A DNA stretch of 64,000 nt. It comes from an uncultured bacterium (GTDB lineage Bacteria; Bacillota_I; Bacilli_A; RFN20; CAG-826). The stretch is taken from contig CASDWE010000002.1 in assembly GCA_949284685.1 (NCBI GenBank), positions 596,106 through 660,105 on the forward strand. Reading direction: 5' to 3'. Made by a program: the position numbers and the translations under genes. The notes beneath the pieces are model-generated. The model searched no databases. It was given only the letters and a program-made list of their open reading frames with translations, and had not been told where the DNA came from. This document shows positions 40,329 to 49,481 of this stretch, piece by piece. The stretch's first letter is position 1, and each line of letters opens with the position of its first letter.

Positions 40329-41252
40329 ATGTCAATTAATAAATATTTGAATAAACATCTTCCTTTAAATTTTGATTTATCTAATAAAATTTTTGTTATA
40401 ACTGGTGCTAATTCAGGCATTGGTTATGAGTTAGCAAAATTATTTGCTAATTATAATGCTACTATCGTATTTGCGTGTCGCAATAAAGAAAAAGCAAGTA
40501 ATGCTATCAATAATTTAAAAAAAATATATATGAATGCAAAATTTGCTTACTTGTATTTAGACCAAAGCAGCTTGGAAAGTGTTGATGAATTTGTTAATCA
40601 ATTGTTTTTATTATATCCAAATTTTGATTCATTAATTTTAAACGCAGGCATTTTATTTGCTGATCCGGATAGTAAAACAAAAGATGGATTTTATTTAGTT
40701 AATGGAACAAATTTTATTGGTATATATTATTTGATTAATAAATTAAATCAATTAATCTCTTCAAGTAATGTATCTTGCAAACATAAAATTATTTTTCAAG
40801 GTTCTTTTATGACAATGTTTTCAAAATATAAAAAAGGAGCATTATCTAATAAAAATAGCCATGGTTTTAAAGCATATAATATTTCTAAACTTGGTGTTGA
40901 ATCTATTTTTTATAATTTTGTCAAAAACAATAGTGACACGAATATGGTGTATGCATTAGCTGAACCAGGTGCTTGCAAAAGCAACATTTATCATAACTTG
41001 AATAAAATTTTAATTCCTATTGCTGATTTATTTATGTCAGTATTTTTTCATAGTACTGAAAAAGGTGCTTTGCCTGCTTTTATGTTAGCGGCAAACCCAA
41101 ATATTAAAAATGGAGATATACTTATTCCTCGTGGTATATTGTCATTAAGTGGCTTTCCTAAAAAAGGTAAAGTAAGAAAAAAAGTAAAAAGAAATTACTT
41201 AACTATACTTAATGAAGCAGAAGATCTTTTAAATTCTAAATATAATTTATAA
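40329..41252 (+). CDS. Short-chain dehydrogenase/reductase (SDR) family oxidoreductase
   Basis: The Rossmann motif ITGANSGIGYELAK and catalytic YxxxK (YNISK) are present. Confidence 0.7.
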   Translation: MSINKYLNKHLPLNFDLSNKIFVITGANSGIGYELAKLFANYNATIVFACRNKEKASNAINNLKKIYMNAKFAYLYLDQSSLESVDEFVNQLFLLYPNFDSLILNAGILFADPDSKTKDGFYLVNGTNFIGIYYLINKLNQLISSSNVSCKHKIIFQGSFMTMFSKYKKGALSNKNSHGFKAYNISKLGVESIFYNFVKNNSDTNMVYALAEPGACKSNIYHNLNKILIPIADLFMSVFFHSTEKGALPAFMLAANPNIKNGDILIPRGILSLSGFPKKGKVRKKVKRNYLTILNEAEDLLNSKYNL

Positions 41253-41755
41253 ACAATATCGCATACTTCTTCAATTGTGTGATTTTCCGTATTTACTATT
41301 CCATCAGCGTTAGTTAATTTACTCATTGAAAATTCTTGTTTATCTTTAAAAATTCTTTCTTTTGCATCTTCTATTTTGTCGCCTCTAAATATCATTCTTT
41401 CATATCTTGTTTTTTCGCTTGCCAATAATACAATTGCAAAAATATTTTTATTTTTAATTTTTTTATATGCATTTAAACCTTTTGGATCGACTACGACACA
41501 TTTATTATCTGCAATTTGATCTTTTCTCGACCCATAATAGTTCCCGTTATATATGGTATATTCAACAAACAAATCTTTTTTTATCATTTCTTTAAACAAA
41601 TCAGAAGAAATAAAAAAATAATCTTTTCCATTGACTTCGCCTTGTCTTTTTTTGCGCGTAGTGGTGGTAATAATTTTTTTAATACCATATTTTTGCGCTA
41701 ATAATTTAGCAACTTCTGTTTTTCCACTAGCACTAGCACCTACTAATACAATCAT
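41195..41755 (-). CDS. gmk: Guanylate kinase
   Basis: The P-loop GASASGKT is present. TTTRKKRQGEVNGKDYFFIS matches the GMP-binding signature TTRxxRxGExxGxDYxFV. It is convergent with the SDR gene and overlaps its 3' end. Confidence 0.7.
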   Translation of the reverse strand: MIVLVGASASGKTEVAKLLAQKYGIKKIITTTTRKKRQGEVNGKDYFFISSDLFKEMIKKDLFVEYTIYNGNYYGSRKDQIADNKCVVVDPKGLNAYKKIKNKNIFAIVLLASEKTRYERMIFRGDKIEDAKERIFKDKQEFSMSKLTNADGIVNTENHTIEEVCDIVYKLYLEFKRSSASLSIVK

Positions 41756-41853
41756 ACAAATATTATCTAATATTAAAATATTTAATTAAAGGAAATAAAT
41801 TATATTTTTAGTCAAATTAGATATTTCCACCTATAAGTAATTAAGGAGGGAAT

Positions 41854-42171
41854 ATGTTAGACATCAAATATGCATCTTTAAATAATAAAGAAAAAATAAA
41901 ACTTATTGCCAAACAATACGGAACGAGTTATCACCGATATGCGAGCAATACTTCCACTTATTCAGACATATATTTTATAAATGTTTTAAATAAAGCATTT
42001 GATCAATTAGACGACAAAGGAAAAATGTATATTAATAACATTTATTTTTTGCAACAAAACGCCAAATGGTGGAAAAACATTTATCCAAAATCTACTTATT
42101 ATAGGTTGAAAAACAAATATTTAAATCAATTTATTAAAAATGTGGAGGAAATATATGACACCTATTGTTAA
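41854..42171 (+). CDS. Hypothetical protein, first gene of the pilus-like operon
   Basis: There is a GGAGGG RBS. The 105-aa product has no recognisable motif. Confidence 0.3.
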   Translation: MLDIKYASLNNKEKIKLIAKQYGTSYHRYASNTSTYSDIYFINVLNKAFDQLDDKGKMYINNIYFLQQNAKWWKNIYPKSTYYRLKNKYLNQFIKNVEEIYDTYC

Positions 42172-43159
42172 AATCGCTTCTTTGTTAGCAATCTCGTTTT
42201 CTAGTTTATTTTCGCCAATTCAAGAACAAACAATTTATGTAACAGTTGATAAATTCGGGCCATTTTATCGTAATCAAGATGTTAGAGTGAATATCAAATT
42301 AGAAAGTAAAAGTCGTTATGAAGATTTGATAGTTGATTTATATTACAATATTGATGCAAACGATGACTATTTTTTAGTTGCCAGCAGCGGTTATATTGAT
42401 ATAGAACCAAATATTGCAACTATCACCGATATTAAGGTTCCAACATATTTGTTCCAACATTTTAATCCGATTAATTTTGAAATTAGAGTAACAAGAGATG
42501 CAACATATCAATTTCTTACAACTGTTCCTTTTAGATTGTATGAAGGCAAAGAATATCAAATCGATATACAAACATTAAAAAACTCTGAATCGATTTATAA
42601 TCCACCAAGAACAACTATTAGTATATTAAATAATGAAGTTTTTTATAGAGACAGTGACCAATTAAGTTTTAAAAGATTTTCTGAAAGTTTTGTTGAAGAA
42701 TATTATCATAGACTAACTTTTGGAAATAAATTTTTCTTCAATTATTATTCCAAAGCCAACATTATATATGACGATATATTTTTGATATTTAATGATAAAG
42801 AAAACTTATTTCCTTATCTTGCTGATGATACTAGAACAGTCAAAATAAGATTAAAAGCTGTTCAAAGTGGCACAAATTATATTCACACATTGGCTTTAAA
42901 TGAAGAAACACTTTTTGTAGATCCTACAACTTTACAAATGTCGAGAACAAAAAGAAATAACTATGTGAAAACAAATTATTTTTACTTGCCAGTTAACGGA
43001 AAATCTCTTTTTGAAACATATGATTTAATAATATATTTTAAAGGTTTGGGTCAAGGTGGTTTCGATTATTATTATTTGACAAATTATATGGCATCAAAGT
43101 CAATTATTGGAAATTGTTCATCTTCACAATTTTGTATAGTAGGAGGTATATATGATTAA
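42155..43159 (+). CDS. Secreted protein in the pilus-like operon, hypothetical
   Basis: A GGAGG RBS lies 6 nt upstream of the ATG at 42155. It has a Sec-type signal peptide, MTPIVKIASLLAISFSSLFSPIQ. Confidence 0.4.
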   Translation: MTPIVKIASLLAISFSSLFSPIQEQTIYVTVDKFGPFYRNQDVRVNIKLESKSRYEDLIVDLYYNIDANDDYFLVASSGYIDIEPNIATITDIKVPTYLFQHFNPINFEIRVTRDATYQFLTTVPFRLYEGKEYQIDIQTLKNSESIYNPPRTTISILNNEVFYRDSDQLSFKRFSESFVEEYYHRLTFGNKFFFNYYSKANIIYDDIFLIFNDKENLFPYLADDTRTVKIRLKAVQSGTNYIHTLALNEETLFVDPTTLQMSRTKRNNYVKTNYFYLPVNGKSLFETYDLIIYFKGLGQGGFDYYYLTNYMASKSIIGNCSSSQFCIVGGIYD

Positions 43160-43553
43160 CGCCTTCATAGCAATGATTGTTTGTGTCATGTCTTTTCAAA
43201 TATTTACTACGACATATCAATTAAGCGGAATTAACAAGACTCTTATAAATATGCCTAAATCTATCATAGAAAATTCTATTCCATTAGAGGGTGAAGAAAA
43301 TAATTTTATTCCAACAATTGATAAAACGCTATTACAAGAAAATGCAAACGAATATTTTAAGAAAAATTTATCTAGATATACAAACGAATATAAATTGCAG
43401 TACTTATTTTATGATAAAGATACAAATCGACCATGCATTATTAAAAATTGCAGTGGTGTAAGAATTACTTTGACTTGCAAAATTTTACAAATTTTTAATT
43501 ATAGTCAAACAATGTATTACGAAATTATAAAAGGAGATTTATGGACAGCTTAA
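43152..43553 (+). CDS. Small protein with an N-terminal hydrophobic segment (possible pseudopilin/pilus accessory protein)
   Basis: There is a GGAGG RBS. The N-terminus is MINAFIAMIVCVMSFQIF. It overlaps its neighbours. Confidence 0.3.
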   Translation: MINAFIAMIVCVMSFQIFTTTYQLSGINKTLINMPKSIIENSIPLEGEENNFIPTIDKTLLQENANEYFKKNLSRYTNEYKLQYLFYDKDTNRPCIIKNCSGVRITLTCKILQIFNYSQTMYYEIIKGDLWTA

Positions 43554-44545
43554 AAGTATATGATTTTATTAAAAATTCTTTTTTAAAACCTTTAATATTA
43601 GATGAGGATGTAACAGATATTTCTTATAATGGGAAAGATATATATTATCAAAACAATATTTTTGGTCGGAAAAAATACGATTTAGAAATAAGTTTAAATG
43701 ATGTTTATGATTTTTTACGACAAATAGCAAATTTATGCGAACAATATTTTTCGATTGCACATCCTATTTTAGATATATCAATACGCAATATACGATTAAA
43801 TGCGACATATTTTTCAATCGCACGAGTCGACTATGAAAAATCATTATCATTTTCAATAAGAATCGCTAGAGACAACTTAAATATTGATAGCAAAACATTT
43901 ATGTCTGATATTTGCCGTCAATTCCTTGTTGATTTAGTTCAATCAAAGTCATCCATCATTATATGCGGGCAAACATCATCAGGAAAAACTCAATTACAAA
44001 AATATTTGATTCGGCACTTATTACCAAATACTAGGGCAATTATCATTGATAATGTTTTGGAATTAAATGACTTAACTCAATGCAATGAATTAGATATTAC
44101 ATGTTGGCAATATGATGATTTAAAAGACAATATGACACTTAAAGTACTAATAAAAAACGCTTTAAGAAATAATCCAGATTATCTTGTATTAGCGGAATCA
44201 CGTGGAGAAGAAATGTTTGATATTATTAACGCTTCTTTATCTGGATGTCCTATAATTACAACAATACATAGTCATGATATTAAATCAATAATAGATAGAA
44301 TGGTGTCTCTTTCTTTACTTTGTGATAAAAAAATTACAGCCGAGTACGTTAAAAACAATATCTATCAAAATATCCATTATTTTGTTTTTGTAAATGTTAT
44401 AACAACAAAAAATGAAATGATTGAAAGATTTGTAGAAAAAATAGCGTACTTATCTAATGATGGATCTTTACAAATTATTTATGAAAAAAATAAAAAAGAA
44501 AATGATTTGACAAGACATAGAAAAATGTTAGGAGAATTAAGATGA
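43541..44545 (+). CDS. Type II/IV secretion-system ATPase of the CpaF/TadA/VirB11 (T2SSE) family
   Basis: Walker A ICGQTSSGKTQL is present. Asp box/Walker B DYLVLAESRGEEMFD and His box PIITTIHSHD are present, in the same block order as CpaF. There is an AAGGAG RBS. Confidence 0.7.
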   Translation: MDSLKVYDFIKNSFLKPLILDEDVTDISYNGKDIYYQNNIFGRKKYDLEISLNDVYDFLRQIANLCEQYFSIAHPILDISIRNIRLNATYFSIARVDYEKSLSFSIRIARDNLNIDSKTFMSDICRQFLVDLVQSKSSIIICGQTSSGKTQLQKYLIRHLLPNTRAIIIDNVLELNDLTQCNELDITCWQYDDLKDNMTLKVLIKNALRNNPDYLVLAESRGEEMFDIINASLSGCPIITTIHSHDIKSIIDRMVSLSLLCDKKITAEYVKNNIYQNIHYFVFVNVITTKNEMIERFVEKIAYLSNDGSLQIIYEKNKKENDLTRHRKMLGELR

Positions 44546-45255
44546 AAAAAATAATACTAGTAGACATAACAATTGTTTTTGTTGTCGGATTATCTAGTTA
44601 CTTATGTACAGATAATTTGTATTTAATGTGTGGTGTCATATTTATATTTGCTTTGTATTTATTTATTGTTTTTAACAGGATGTATAAAAAACAACTATCA
44701 AATATAAACCGCTACCACGAATGCTTTAATTTTATGAACGATTACATTGTGTCATTAAACACTAATCAATCTCTTTTAGGTGCATTTGCCGCTATTCAAA
44801 ATAATTTTTCAAAAGAATTAGATATAGAAATTGAGGGAGTTAAAGACACTGATATTATTCAAAAAATTGAATATTTGCAGGGTTATTTTCCATTTCATGT
44901 ATATTTTTTATTTTGTCAAATTATCAAAATATACGATAAACAAGGTGGCAATATTTTAAACATGTCTTCTTATTTAATTAAACAGGCTAGAAGCGTTGAA
45001 GAATATATCGATACAACTGAAAAATATAGGTCACAAAAAATAATTGAAATAATAATATTATGGTCTTGTTGCCTTTTAATTTTAATTTTTATAAGATTTG
45101 GTCTAAATCAATTTTTTAGCACCATAAAAAACAATCTTATCTATGTCATTTTCGTCGGCGCTTTTTATCTTTTCCTTCTTTTATTTATTCATATGAGTGG
45201 GTTAGTATTATTCAAATTTGATGTGCGGGGGTTTGTTAAAAATGAAAAAAATTAA
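44542..45255 (+). CDS. TadB-like inner-membrane platform protein (single T2SSF-type domain), tentative
   Basis: The 237-aa protein has an N-terminal TM helix plus two C-terminal TM helices. It is translationally coupled to the ATPase by a 4-nt overlap. Confidence 0.45.
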   Translation: MKKIILVDITIVFVVGLSSYLCTDNLYLMCGVIFIFALYLFIVFNRMYKKQLSNINRYHECFNFMNDYIVSLNTNQSLLGAFAAIQNNFSKELDIEIEGVKDTDIIQKIEYLQGYFPFHVYFLFCQIIKIYDKQGGNILNMSSYLIKQARSVEEYIDTTEKYRSQKIIEIIILWSCCLLILIFIRFGLNQFFSTIKNNLIYVIFVGAFYLFLLLFIHMSGLVLFKFDVRGFVKNEKN

Positions 45256-45910
45256 AAATTATTTAGAATCATTAAACTTGTCTTTTAAGAAAGAAATTTT
45301 GCTATTTATCATTTGCAATTTATTGTGTATTGCCATTGTATTAGTGGTATCCATTATCTCTAAAAATTATTTATTTTTTATTGTCGGAATTTTGTTAAAT
45401 ATCGGAATAAATATTTCTTTAATAATGCGATATTCGTATATTAAAAGTAACATTATTAAAAATCATGAAAGCGAATTTGTTTACTTTATTCAATATTTAG
45501 AGATTTTTTTATCCAATAAATATAATGTTTATTCATCATTTTTAGCAGTCAAAGAATACATGAGTGATTGGATGCAAAATAGAATAGATGAGTTAATCAA
45601 CGATATAGATAAAGATAAAAGCATAAATCCATACATTAATTTTGCTAAAAATTTTAAGGCTCCTGTAGTTAGTAACGTTATGATGAATATTTATCAAATG
45701 GTAAACGAAGGAGAAGACGAGATGCGTTTGCAACAATTTGATCTATTATTTGTTAAATATTTTGAAAATTATCAAGAAATTCGAATTGACAAAAGAAAGA
45801 AAAATCTTGACAATTTATCAATTTATCCACTTATAGGTGCGGGGATTATAACAATTATTTTAATTTTAGGAGTTGTAATAATTATGGAGGATATGATTAA
45901 TGTCTTATAA
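45242..45910 (+). CDS. TadC-like inner-membrane platform protein, tentative
   Basis: A GGGGG RBS precedes the ATG at 45242. The track's 45218 start is a TTG. The TM topology is similar to the TadB-like gene. Confidence 0.45.
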   Translation: MKKIKNYLESLNLSFKKEILLFIICNLLCIAIVLVVSIISKNYLFFIVGILLNIGINISLIMRYSYIKSNIIKNHESEFVYFIQYLEIFLSNKYNVYSSFLAVKEYMSDWMQNRIDELINDIDKDKSINPYINFAKNFKAPVVSNVMMNIYQMVNEGEDEMRLQQFDLLFVKYFENYQEIRIDKRKKNLDNLSIYPLIGAGIITIILILGVVIIMEDMINVL

Positions 45911-46241
45911 GATATCTTTAATTTTATCAATGGTATTTGTAGCTATGTTTTTCTTGCTTGGTATTGATTTTATTGGTCTTCAATTTGCATATACTGAATT
46001 AGATCAAAAAGCTATTACTATTAGTTATTTAATAGCACAAAACGGCAATCTTTTACCAAGTTTTATTAACAGAATAGAAATTACATATGATGTTGAATTT
46101 GTTTGTAACACAAATTGTACGCCTGCTTTTGGCGATGTTGTTGAGTTTACATTAATTGATGAGTTTAATCCGATAGTGATAAGCAATGACACTATCGATG
46201 TCTCCATTAAACGAACATCAATTATTGGATATTATGATTAA
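45900..46241 (+). CDS. TadE-like pseudopilin-type protein, tentative
   Basis: The 113-aa protein has one N-terminal TM helix (ISLILSMVFVAMFFLLGIDFIG) followed by a beta-rich domain. There is a GGAGG RBS. Confidence 0.3.
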   Translation: MSYKISLILSMVFVAMFFLLGIDFIGLQFAYTELDQKAITISYLIAQNGNLLPSFINRIEITYDVEFVCNTNCTPAFGDVVEFTLIDEFNPIVISNDTIDVSIKRTSIIGYYD

Positions 46242-46256
46242 AGAAGGAGGGATGCT

Positions 46257-46439
46257 ATGTCAGAAATAAAAGGACAACTTTTGGGTATATTGCTTGTCCT
46301 TGCAATTTTTGGAACAGTAGCCGGAACATTAACCACTGTATTTTCATCTTTAGCAGAAGATGTTGAAAGTGAAGTTTCTGGTCTAAATAGTTCACTAAAA
46401 AATTCTAACGTCTTAGAAAAAGAATTATTACATTATTAA
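46257..46439 (+). CDS. Flp/pilin-like small hydrophobic protein, tentative
   Basis: The 60-aa product reads MSEIKGQLLGILLVLAIFGTVAGTL. A Gly lies before the hydrophobic helix. A canonical Flp GxxxxEY or ComGC FTLIE motif is absent. There is a strong AAGGAGGG RBS. Confidence 0.3.
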   Translation: MSEIKGQLLGILLVLAIFGTVAGTLTTVFSSLAEDVESEVSGLNSSLKNSNVLEKELLHY

Positions 46440-46445
46440 AACTTT

Positions 46446-46480
46446 AGGAGGATTAATCACCAAGTCCTCCTTTATTTTTT
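46446..46480 (+). terminator. Rho-independent terminator closing the pilus-like operon
   Basis: aggagga-ttaatcaccaag-tcctcct is followed by TTTATTTTTT. Confidence 0.55.
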
Positions 46481-46543
46481 CTAGACTATTTTATTTTTTT
46501 TAATATAATTGAATTGATTTAAATAAAAAGAGGGAATTTATTT

Positions 46544-46771
46544 ATGGAAAATGTAGCAGATAAAATTCGAAAAATAATTACAAAACATGTAGATATTACA
46601 AATGCAAAAGAGGACACACCTCTTTCAGAATTAGATATCGATTCGCTTGATTTAGTGGAAGCGATGATGGAAATCGAAGAAGAATTTAACATTGAATTTG
46701 ATAATGATGAAATATTGAATTTAAAATGCTTTAACGACATTGTCAGCGTTGTTGAAAACAAATTAAAATAA
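46544..46771 (+). CDS. acpP: Acyl carrier protein
   Basis: The phosphopantetheine attachment site DIDSLDLVEAMMEIEEEF (Ser in the DSLD motif) is present. There is an AGAGGG RBS. Length is 75 aa. Confidence 0.8.
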   Translation: MENVADKIRKIITKHVDITNAKEDTPLSELDIDSLDLVEAMMEIEEEFNIEFDNDEILNLKCFNDIVSVVENKLK

Positions 46772-46848
46772 TTTATTCAGTTTTATTTATAAAAATGTTT
46801 GCTTTAAAAACATATATATGCTAATATTTTTGTTGCGTTAAAACGCAC

Positions 46849-46924
46849 GCCTACTTAGCTCAGTCGGTAGAGCTATCGGCTGTTAACCGATCGGTCGTGG
46901 GTTCGAGTCCCTCAGTAGGCGCCA
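46849..46924 (+). tRNA. tRNA-Asn, anticodon GUU
   Basis: The acceptor stem gcctact/agtaggc pairs perfectly. The anticodon arm is atcgg-ctGTTaa-ccgat and the T-loop is ttcgagt, with an encoded CCA. Confidence 0.75.
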
Positions 46925-46929
46925 ATTTT

Positions 46930-47006
46930 GGCCCGTTGGAGAAGTGGCTTAACTCATATGCCTTTCACGCATACACTCATGGGTTCGAATCCCGTACGGG
47001 TCACCA
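46930..47006 (+). tRNA. tRNA-Glu, anticodon UUC
   Basis: The acceptor stem ggcccgt/acgggtc has one G-U pair. The anticodon arm is tatgc-ctTTCac-gcata and the T-loop is ttcgaat, with an encoded CCA. Confidence 0.75.
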
Positions 47007-47019
47007 TTAGAAAGATACT

Positions 47020-47050
47020 CGCTAGAATTGTAATGATTCTAGCGTTTTTT
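47020..47050 (+). terminator. Rho-independent terminator after the tRNA-Asn/tRNA-Glu pair
   Basis: cgctagaat-tgtaatg-attctagcg has a 9-bp perfect stem and is followed by TTTTTT. Confidence 0.55.
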
Positions 47051-47274
47051 CATTATTCATAGGCATTTTTATTACTTTTTATAAGTTTTAAATATCTATG
47101 AAGTAGAATTTTTGACTTTAATACATATCAAAAATGCAAAAATGTGATACAATAAAAGCATTATTTAATGATAAGTTTTTATTTGAATTAACTATTGACG
47201 TTATCTTTAATATGTAATAAATGCCTGATTTCAAATAATAATTATTATTGAAGGAAAGATTGATTGACTAATTT

Positions 47275-48237
47275 ATGACTCAAGACGAAAAATTGATATA
47301 TTTAAATGAAATTGTTAAAAATAATTTTACAAGTGAATATAAGGGCCCTTTAATTTTGTATAAATATAGACCATTTGATGAGTATACTTTTGAAATGCTA
47401 GATAATGATTATATTTTCTTGTGTCCAGCCGAAAAAGAAGATGATGAAACTGAGTGCTTAACTACAACGAATCTTAATGAAATGTTAGATCCTAAGACTG
47501 GTAATTTATCAAAAAAATACTTAAATAAAATCGTTAGTTTGATAAAACCTAGTTCAACCGATAAGAATTATGAAATTGCTAAAGATAAAGTTTTTGAAAT
47601 TGCTGATAAAGAAGGTACTAATCCAATAATTTTTAATAAAGATTTTGCTATAGAACTTAAAAAAATGGCACCAGAAGGTACAGATGTTGGTCCAATAATA
47701 AAGGCAATTGAAAACATACCAGAAATGCTTAATAAGCCGGAAATGAGCAAAACTCTTGAACCAGCCTTCAAATTAGCAATTGATGCAAGAAAGAAAATTG
47801 GTATATGTTCATTAGCTGAAACAAATAATATAGATTATATGTGGAAGAATTACGCTCAAGAATCTTCTGGCTATTGTATTGAATATGACTTAAATGATTA
47901 TGAACTAGTAAAGAATATTTTACCTGTTATTTATCAAGATGAAAGAGAAACTAATATAATAGTTCAGTTTACAGGCACTATGCTAGGCTTACTTATATGT
48001 GCTATCAGCAAAGGATTAATACCTGCAGATGCGTCACACTTTATTAGATTATTCTTAACAAAATATAAGAAGTGGGAATATCAAAATGAGTGGAGATATA
48101 TAGGTAGTGCTAATGACAAGCCTAAGGCTCCAAAAGTAAAAACAATTTACTTAGGAAAGAATGTTACTGCTGAGAACGAAATAGAAATGAGAAAATATGC
48201 AGCTTTAAAGAGCATACCAGTTATAAAACTTAATTAG
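47275..48237 (+). CDS. DUF2971-like protein (defence-island associated), tentative
   Basis: The N-terminal region LILYKYRPFDEYTFEMLDNDYIFLCPAEKEDDETE resembles the ...lyKYrs...N-DpfE signature of the DUF2971 family. Confidence 0.45.
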   Translation: MTQDEKLIYLNEIVKNNFTSEYKGPLILYKYRPFDEYTFEMLDNDYIFLCPAEKEDDETECLTTTNLNEMLDPKTGNLSKKYLNKIVSLIKPSSTDKNYEIAKDKVFEIADKEGTNPIIFNKDFAIELKKMAPEGTDVGPIIKAIENIPEMLNKPEMSKTLEPAFKLAIDARKKIGICSLAETNNIDYMWKNYAQESSGYCIEYDLNDYELVKNILPVIYQDERETNIIVQFTGTMLGLLICAISKGLIPADASHFIRLFLTKYKKWEYQNEWRYIGSANDKPKAPKVKTIYLGKNVTAENEIEMRKYAALKSIPVIKLN

Positions 48238-48249
48238 GGAGGAAAGGCT

Positions 48250-49410
48250 ATGAAAATCCATAATATTCATATACATTTTGATTTTGGAAACTGTCTTGTG
48301 ATAAGAAACGATACTCCATTGCTTGATTGTTATCAAATCCAAAAAGATAATGCTAATGCAGCATTAATTGATAAAATTGAAAAAGAAACAAGTGGTAAGT
48401 TTGTATATTTCTTAATTGATATAAATCAAGCAAAGAACGTAAAAAGAAATATTTATATTGGAAAAACAAACAGCTTGATGAATCGAATTATCAGTCATAG
48501 AAAGAATAAAGACTGGTGGAATACGATTATCGTATTTGGTAACAAGTATTTATCTTCAGATGACATAGATGCTATTGAAAAGCTTCTTATTGAGGAATAT
48601 GAAAATTCTGATCTTTATACAATCAAAAATGATGTGGGATCTAATGCTAAATTAAGTGAGCAACATAATGATTATAGAGAATACATTGTTGATATTATGG
48701 ATTTTCTATCTTATGGAGTTACTAAAACTGTCATTACTCCTGAGACTAAAACTAATCAAGTGGTTATTCAAACAGCTGCTCAACCATTATCTAATTCTAG
48801 TAGACAAGAATCATTTAAATTTTCAATGTTAGATATAAAACCTGGTGAGATACTTTCATTTATTAACAATGATAAAGTAACTTGCGAAGTTGTTGATGAT
48901 AAGAATGTTAAATATAAAGGGAAGTTATATTCTTTAAGTTCTTTGGCAAAAGAATTATTGAATACTAATGTTCCTAAAAGAGGAACTGATTATTTTTTAT
49001 ATAAAGGTAAGACTTTAAGAGTTTTAAGAGATGAAAAGAATGGAATACAAGTTTCTGATGTTGAAAAAACTAATAATTGGATTATTTCTTGTAATAAAGA
49101 GTTCTATGATTTAGATAATGCATTAAACGAAATGAAAATTATTGATTTTAAACAAAATGCTAATGTTGAAGCTGGTAGTAAAGTATATATTTATTCATCA
49201 GGTGAAGATAAAAAATTAGTTTATATAACTGAAGCTGTTGTAGTTAATAAACCAGAACAGACTATAAATGACGATAAATATATAAAGAATAAGAGTGGTT
49301 ATGCTGATTCTAATAGATACATGGAACTTAAGCTAGTAAAAAAACTCGAATCTGATAAATTATCATTATCTGATTTAAAGAAAAATGGACTTAGAGGTAA
49401 CTTGCAATGA
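48250..49410 (+). CDS. GIY-YIG nuclease-family protein with a C-terminal extension (DUF4357-like), tentative
   Basis: FVYFLIDIN...NIYIGKTNSLMNRIISHRKN fits the GIY...YIG...R...H spacing. There is a GGGAGG RBS. Confidence 0.5.
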   Translation: MKIHNIHIHFDFGNCLVIRNDTPLLDCYQIQKDNANAALIDKIEKETSGKFVYFLIDINQAKNVKRNIYIGKTNSLMNRIISHRKNKDWWNTIIVFGNKYLSSDDIDAIEKLLIEEYENSDLYTIKNDVGSNAKLSEQHNDYREYIVDIMDFLSYGVTKTVITPETKTNQVVIQTAAQPLSNSSRQESFKFSMLDIKPGEILSFINNDKVTCEVVDDKNVKYKGKLYSLSSLAKELLNTNVPKRGTDYFLYKGKTLRVLRDEKNGIQVSDVEKTNNWIISCNKEFYDLDNALNEMKIIDFKQNANVEAGSKVYIYSSGEDKKLVYITEAVVVNKPEQTINDDKYIKNKSGYADSNRYMELKLVKKLESDKLSLSDLKKNGLRGNLQ

Positions 49411-49481
49411 CCTTGTAGAGTCCCTGTTGAATTACAAGCATATATAGATTTTATTATTAAGTAGAAAGGTGGTGAGACGAT

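Noticed and set aside
40139-40339. 66-aa ORF with a C-terminal TM helix between the terminator and the SDR gene
   Set aside because: It has a TTG start with no RBS, directly abutting a terminator. It could be a real small membrane protein but is unsupported.
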